IMG/VR virus record: IMGVR_UViG_3300036835_000374
Location: 482 to 64,481 of that record
DNA length: 64,000 bases
DNA from: a virus
Direction: 5' to 3' (one strand)
Shown here: positions 63,603 through 64,000 of the stretch, in pieces
Layout of the letters: each line of letters opens with the position of its first letter
Position numbering within the stretch: position 1 is the stretch's first letter
Made by a program: the position numbers and the translations under genes
The notes under the pieces: generated by a model
What the model was told of the DNA's origin: nothing
Seen by the model: the letters and a program-made list of their open reading frames with translations, nothing else
The model's database searches: none

Positions 63603-64000
63603 TCAGGCGGCCGGGGCGTAGCTGGGGAGCCATTGGGTGGCGTAGTAGTCGACGGTGCGCCGGATGCCTTCCTTCAGCGGCACGAAGTCCGCGGCGGTCA
63701 TGCCGATCTGCGCGAGCGTCGACGTGTCCGACGAGACCACCGCGTTCGGCACCTCACCCGGGCGCATCGGCAGATGCTTGATCCCCACCGGCTCCCGCGC
63801 GGTGACCTCGGCCGCGTACTCGGCGACGAGGCGAGCGATGTCGTTGACGGTGACCGACGTGAGCGGGCCGACCTCCACCGGGTCCTTCGTGGGGCCGCCA
63901 GTCGCAGCGTTGTGTTCGAGGGCCTCGACGAAGACGCGGGCGACGTCCTCGACGTACACGCAGTCGGAGACCTGGGTGCCGTCGCCGTACACCTCAATGT
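63603..64000 (-). CDS. NAD-dependent epimerase/dehydratase (C-terminal part; 5' end outside the window)
   Basis: IEVYGDGTQVSDCVYVEDVA and LPMRPGE motifs of extended SDRs. Confidence 0.85.
   Translation of the reverse strand, partial: IEVYGDGTQVSDCVYVEDVARVFVEALEHNAATGGPTKDPVEVGPLTSVTVNDIARLVAEYAAEVTAREPVGIKHLPMRPGEVPNAVVSSDTSTLAQIGMTAADFVPLKEGIRRTVDYYATQWLPSYAPAA

Larger units (their letters stand above)
1..64000. mobile_element. Temperate Streptomyces-type siphophage genome (near complete, circularly permuted; window ends inside a phage gene)
   Basis: Complete set of lysis, integration, immunity, replication, packaging, head and long non-contractile tail genes. No host housekeeping genes seen. 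attP is flanked by phage genes on both sides. Confidence 0.95.

Overview
Almost the entire window is one high-GC temperate siphovirus genome of Streptomyces type, apparently circularly permuted. Gene order: lysis cassette (amidase, holin, collagen-like membrane protein); GntR/XRE regulators; an intact attP carrying the 3' half of tRNA-Arg(CCT); tyrosine integrase; repressor/Cro/Xis switch; early recombination and replication genes (Sak/Rad52, DnaQ, RuvC, WhiB, initiator, helicase loader, sigma-like factor); a self-regulated Streptomyces plasmid/AICE-type conjugal transfer cassette (DUF2637 Spd-like protein, TraB/FtsK translocase, SpdD-like protein) with oppositely oriented TGCCAG repeat arrays; a Zn-ribbon-repeat GIY-YIG-like nuclease; an orphan reverse-strand spike-like protein; head and tail genes; and a reverse-strand sugar-modification cassette (three glycosyltransferase-like genes plus an NAD-dependent epimerase cut by the window end). 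The most notable observation is the apparent phage-conjugation hybrid. All assignments come from motif recognition by eye, with no database searches. Many starts were moved from the ORF track to the nearest RBS-supported codon.
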